Shown here in pieces: positions 63,301-64,000 of a stretch of 64,000 bases of DNA. The position numbers and the translations under genes were made by a program. The DNA lies in the NCBI GenBank assembly GCA_017527435.1, contig JAFXQB010000011.1, positions 16,502 to 80,501 of the forward strand, read 5' to 3'. The notes beneath the pieces are model-generated. The model searched no databases and was not told the origin of the DNA. It saw only the letters and a list, made by a program, of their open reading frames with translations. Origin of the DNA: Salinivirgaceae bacterium (GTDB lineage Bacteria; Bacteroidota; Bacteroidia; Bacteroidales; SZUA-534). The number at the start of each line of letters is the position of its first letter. Within the stretch, counting starts at the first letter, position 1.

Positions 63301-63439
63301 CCGTCACCTGTTCCGAACTGAGCATCAGTCTCAAATATGACTCAACAATAGAGCGCGATTTCTCGTTGACGCCTTCTTTGTTTGCAGTGGCAATGATTGC
63401 GAAAAGCTGCATCAATGCCTTCAAAATGGATTCACTCAT
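60389..63439 (-). CDS. ABC transporter fusion: TerB-like N-terminus, NBD, then ABC-2 membrane domain (ABCG-like)
   Basis: GGSGVGKST, ISGGQRKR, VDEPTSGL, NIHQPS, followed by TM helices and PSRWAYEA; helical TerB-like N-terminus. Confidence 0.88.
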   Translation of the reverse strand: MSESILKALMQLFAIIATANKEGVNEKSRSIVESYLRLMLSSEQVTEYLQLFDKYVEERGGGVKKDGTQERKRTSLNSVKVLRICEQINGELKQDQKLLVLLQLLEFISFGEEITEQEIDFVKTVSDIFNIPEDEYFNCYAFTLNPKLDEIPYKENILILDKNNESPNAEVKHLRFKDLEGHVMILFLPSINAYAFRYVGETELYLNGHSIMLNRTYVLPKGSAIRSPRIGSIYYSDIVSKFINAMNAEKVVFTAKGVEFRFKGSKNGLHNFNFCEQGGELIGIMGGSGVGKSTLLNVLNGNLQPQSGEILINGYNIYTEKEKLNGVIGFVPQDDLLIEELTVYQNLYYSAKLCFSDYTEEQIDEAVNKVLEDLDLKATADLVVGNPLNKTISGGQRKRLNIALELIREPLVMFVDEPTSGLSSMDSEMVMDLLKEQTLKGKLVIVNIHQPSSVIFKMFDKLLIMDKGGYLVYYGNPVDSVVYFKTMSNHVNATESECYHCGNINPEQVLQILESKVVDEYGRTTHKRKTTPEEWAAMYEEHSKSKIKFDTEKQDLPKNNFSIPGMFKQFRIFCERNILSKLANRQYMLINFLEAPVLALILAYFTKYIAGEGSNPNIFVFSGNENLPIYLFMGVVVSIFIGLTVSAEEIIRDRQLLKRESFLNLSHVSYLNSKIAVLFVISAIQTLSFVLIGNTIMEIHGMTLAHWLILFTASCVSNMIGLNISAALDSVVTIYILIPFLIVPQLLFSGTMVKFDKLNKAISSYEVVPVIGDLMPSRWAYEAMAVKQFRDNEYMKNFFLIEQKKSEAAYIGSYLVPALNNKIAKLANADEETRNQIIGLLHTEVSKINDRTPKQQFEDIDLLTPEKYNDDVQENLTSFLDKTAKLYQQKQNKAISVLDREISSLAEELGGNKALVELKKNYTNEALSNFVLNRVDIEKIHDMGDHFIQVSDPVYKEPESRCGRAHFYAPFKQIGNLQIDTFWFNIIVMWIMNGLLYVLLVCDGLRWTITKFSKRR

Positions 63440-63557
63440 AGAATATGCCTAATAAACATCGTAAAAAAAGCAAAAAAAACGATTGGCGCAAAAAGAAAAT
63501 GCTGCAGGTGGCCGGTGGCGTGTGAATTTGCCAGCCAGCGGTGAGGTTGCATTGATG

Positions 63558-64000
63558 TTATAATCCGCCAACTATTTCATACCCAGCCTTCTTCACCGTG
63601 TCAATCACCATTTGCAGCCGCTCGGCGCTTTGCGGAAGACGGTCGTGCAGAAGGATGATGGCGCCAGGGCACAGTTTGCGGCTGATGCGGCGCGCGATTT
63701 TGGCGTGGTCGGCGCCATTGGTGTCGTAGGTGCGGATGGTCCAGCCTATTGTTTTGAGATTCAAGTTTTTGACAGCCTTGCCGATGGTTGGATTTGTAAC
63801 GCCAAACGGCGGGCGGAAAAGCGTTGTTGTGCTGCCCGTGGCCTGCTCAATGGCCTGTTGGCACTGACGGATGTCGGCAAGCATACGGCCGCGGCCGAAA
63901 AGCGGGAAGCCGTTTGCGTGGCTAAAACTGTGGATTCCAATCTGATGACCTTCGTCAGCCATACGCTTGAGCAGAGCCTCGTTGCCTGCAATGCGGCTGC
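63558..64000 (-). CDS. Polysaccharide deacetylase (3' part; start beyond the window)
   Basis: IGIHSFSH, LFRPPFG, WTIRTYD and IILLHD NodB motifs. Confidence 0.9.
   Translation of the reverse strand, partial: SRIAGNEALLKRMADEGHQIGIHSFSHANGFPLFGRGRMLADIRQCQQAIEQATGSTTTLFRPPFGVTNPTIGKAVKNLNLKTIGWTIRTYDTNGADHAKIARRISRKLCPGAIILLHDRLPQSAERLQMVIDTVKKAGYEIVGGL

Overview
A 64-kb chromosomal window from a Bacteroidota (Bacteroidales-like) bacterium, judged from protein families and TAnnTTTG -7 promoter motifs. It is mostly housekeeping genes: partial dnaG, a GT2, cysE, uppP, tsaD, tamB, two Kelch lipoproteins, cvpA, tyrS, a probably Na+-coupled V/A-type ATPase operon, a membrane-bound LytTR/LiaF-like pair, kdsB-purD-purM-prfA-pyrF, an H+-type F1Fo operon, mutS, rhomboid, AsmA-like, a histidine kinase, the EF-G2 paralog, dus and an ABCG-like TerB fusion. 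No tRNA, rRNA, CRISPR, integrase or transposase was seen. The unusual feature is architectural. Gene junctions in essential operons are repeatedly filled by short, co-oriented, often AT-rich cargo genes (a PARIS-like ATPase+TOPRIM pair inside the V-ATPase operon, MNT-HEPN, AlbA_2/HTH, HEAT, a DUF3784-like pair, an ORF6N-like remnant). Many junctions, filled or empty, share DNA motifs: 7/8/9-mer degenerate tandem arrays, GTAG-type REP hairpins, GCGAAGC mini-hairpins and an 18-bp palindrome. In a manual scan, the same cargo-rich stretches lack CCGG (none found in about 28 kb), while CCGG is common elsewhere. Together these suggest, as inference only, an integrase-free gene-capture/exchange system acting at housekeeping-operon junctions.
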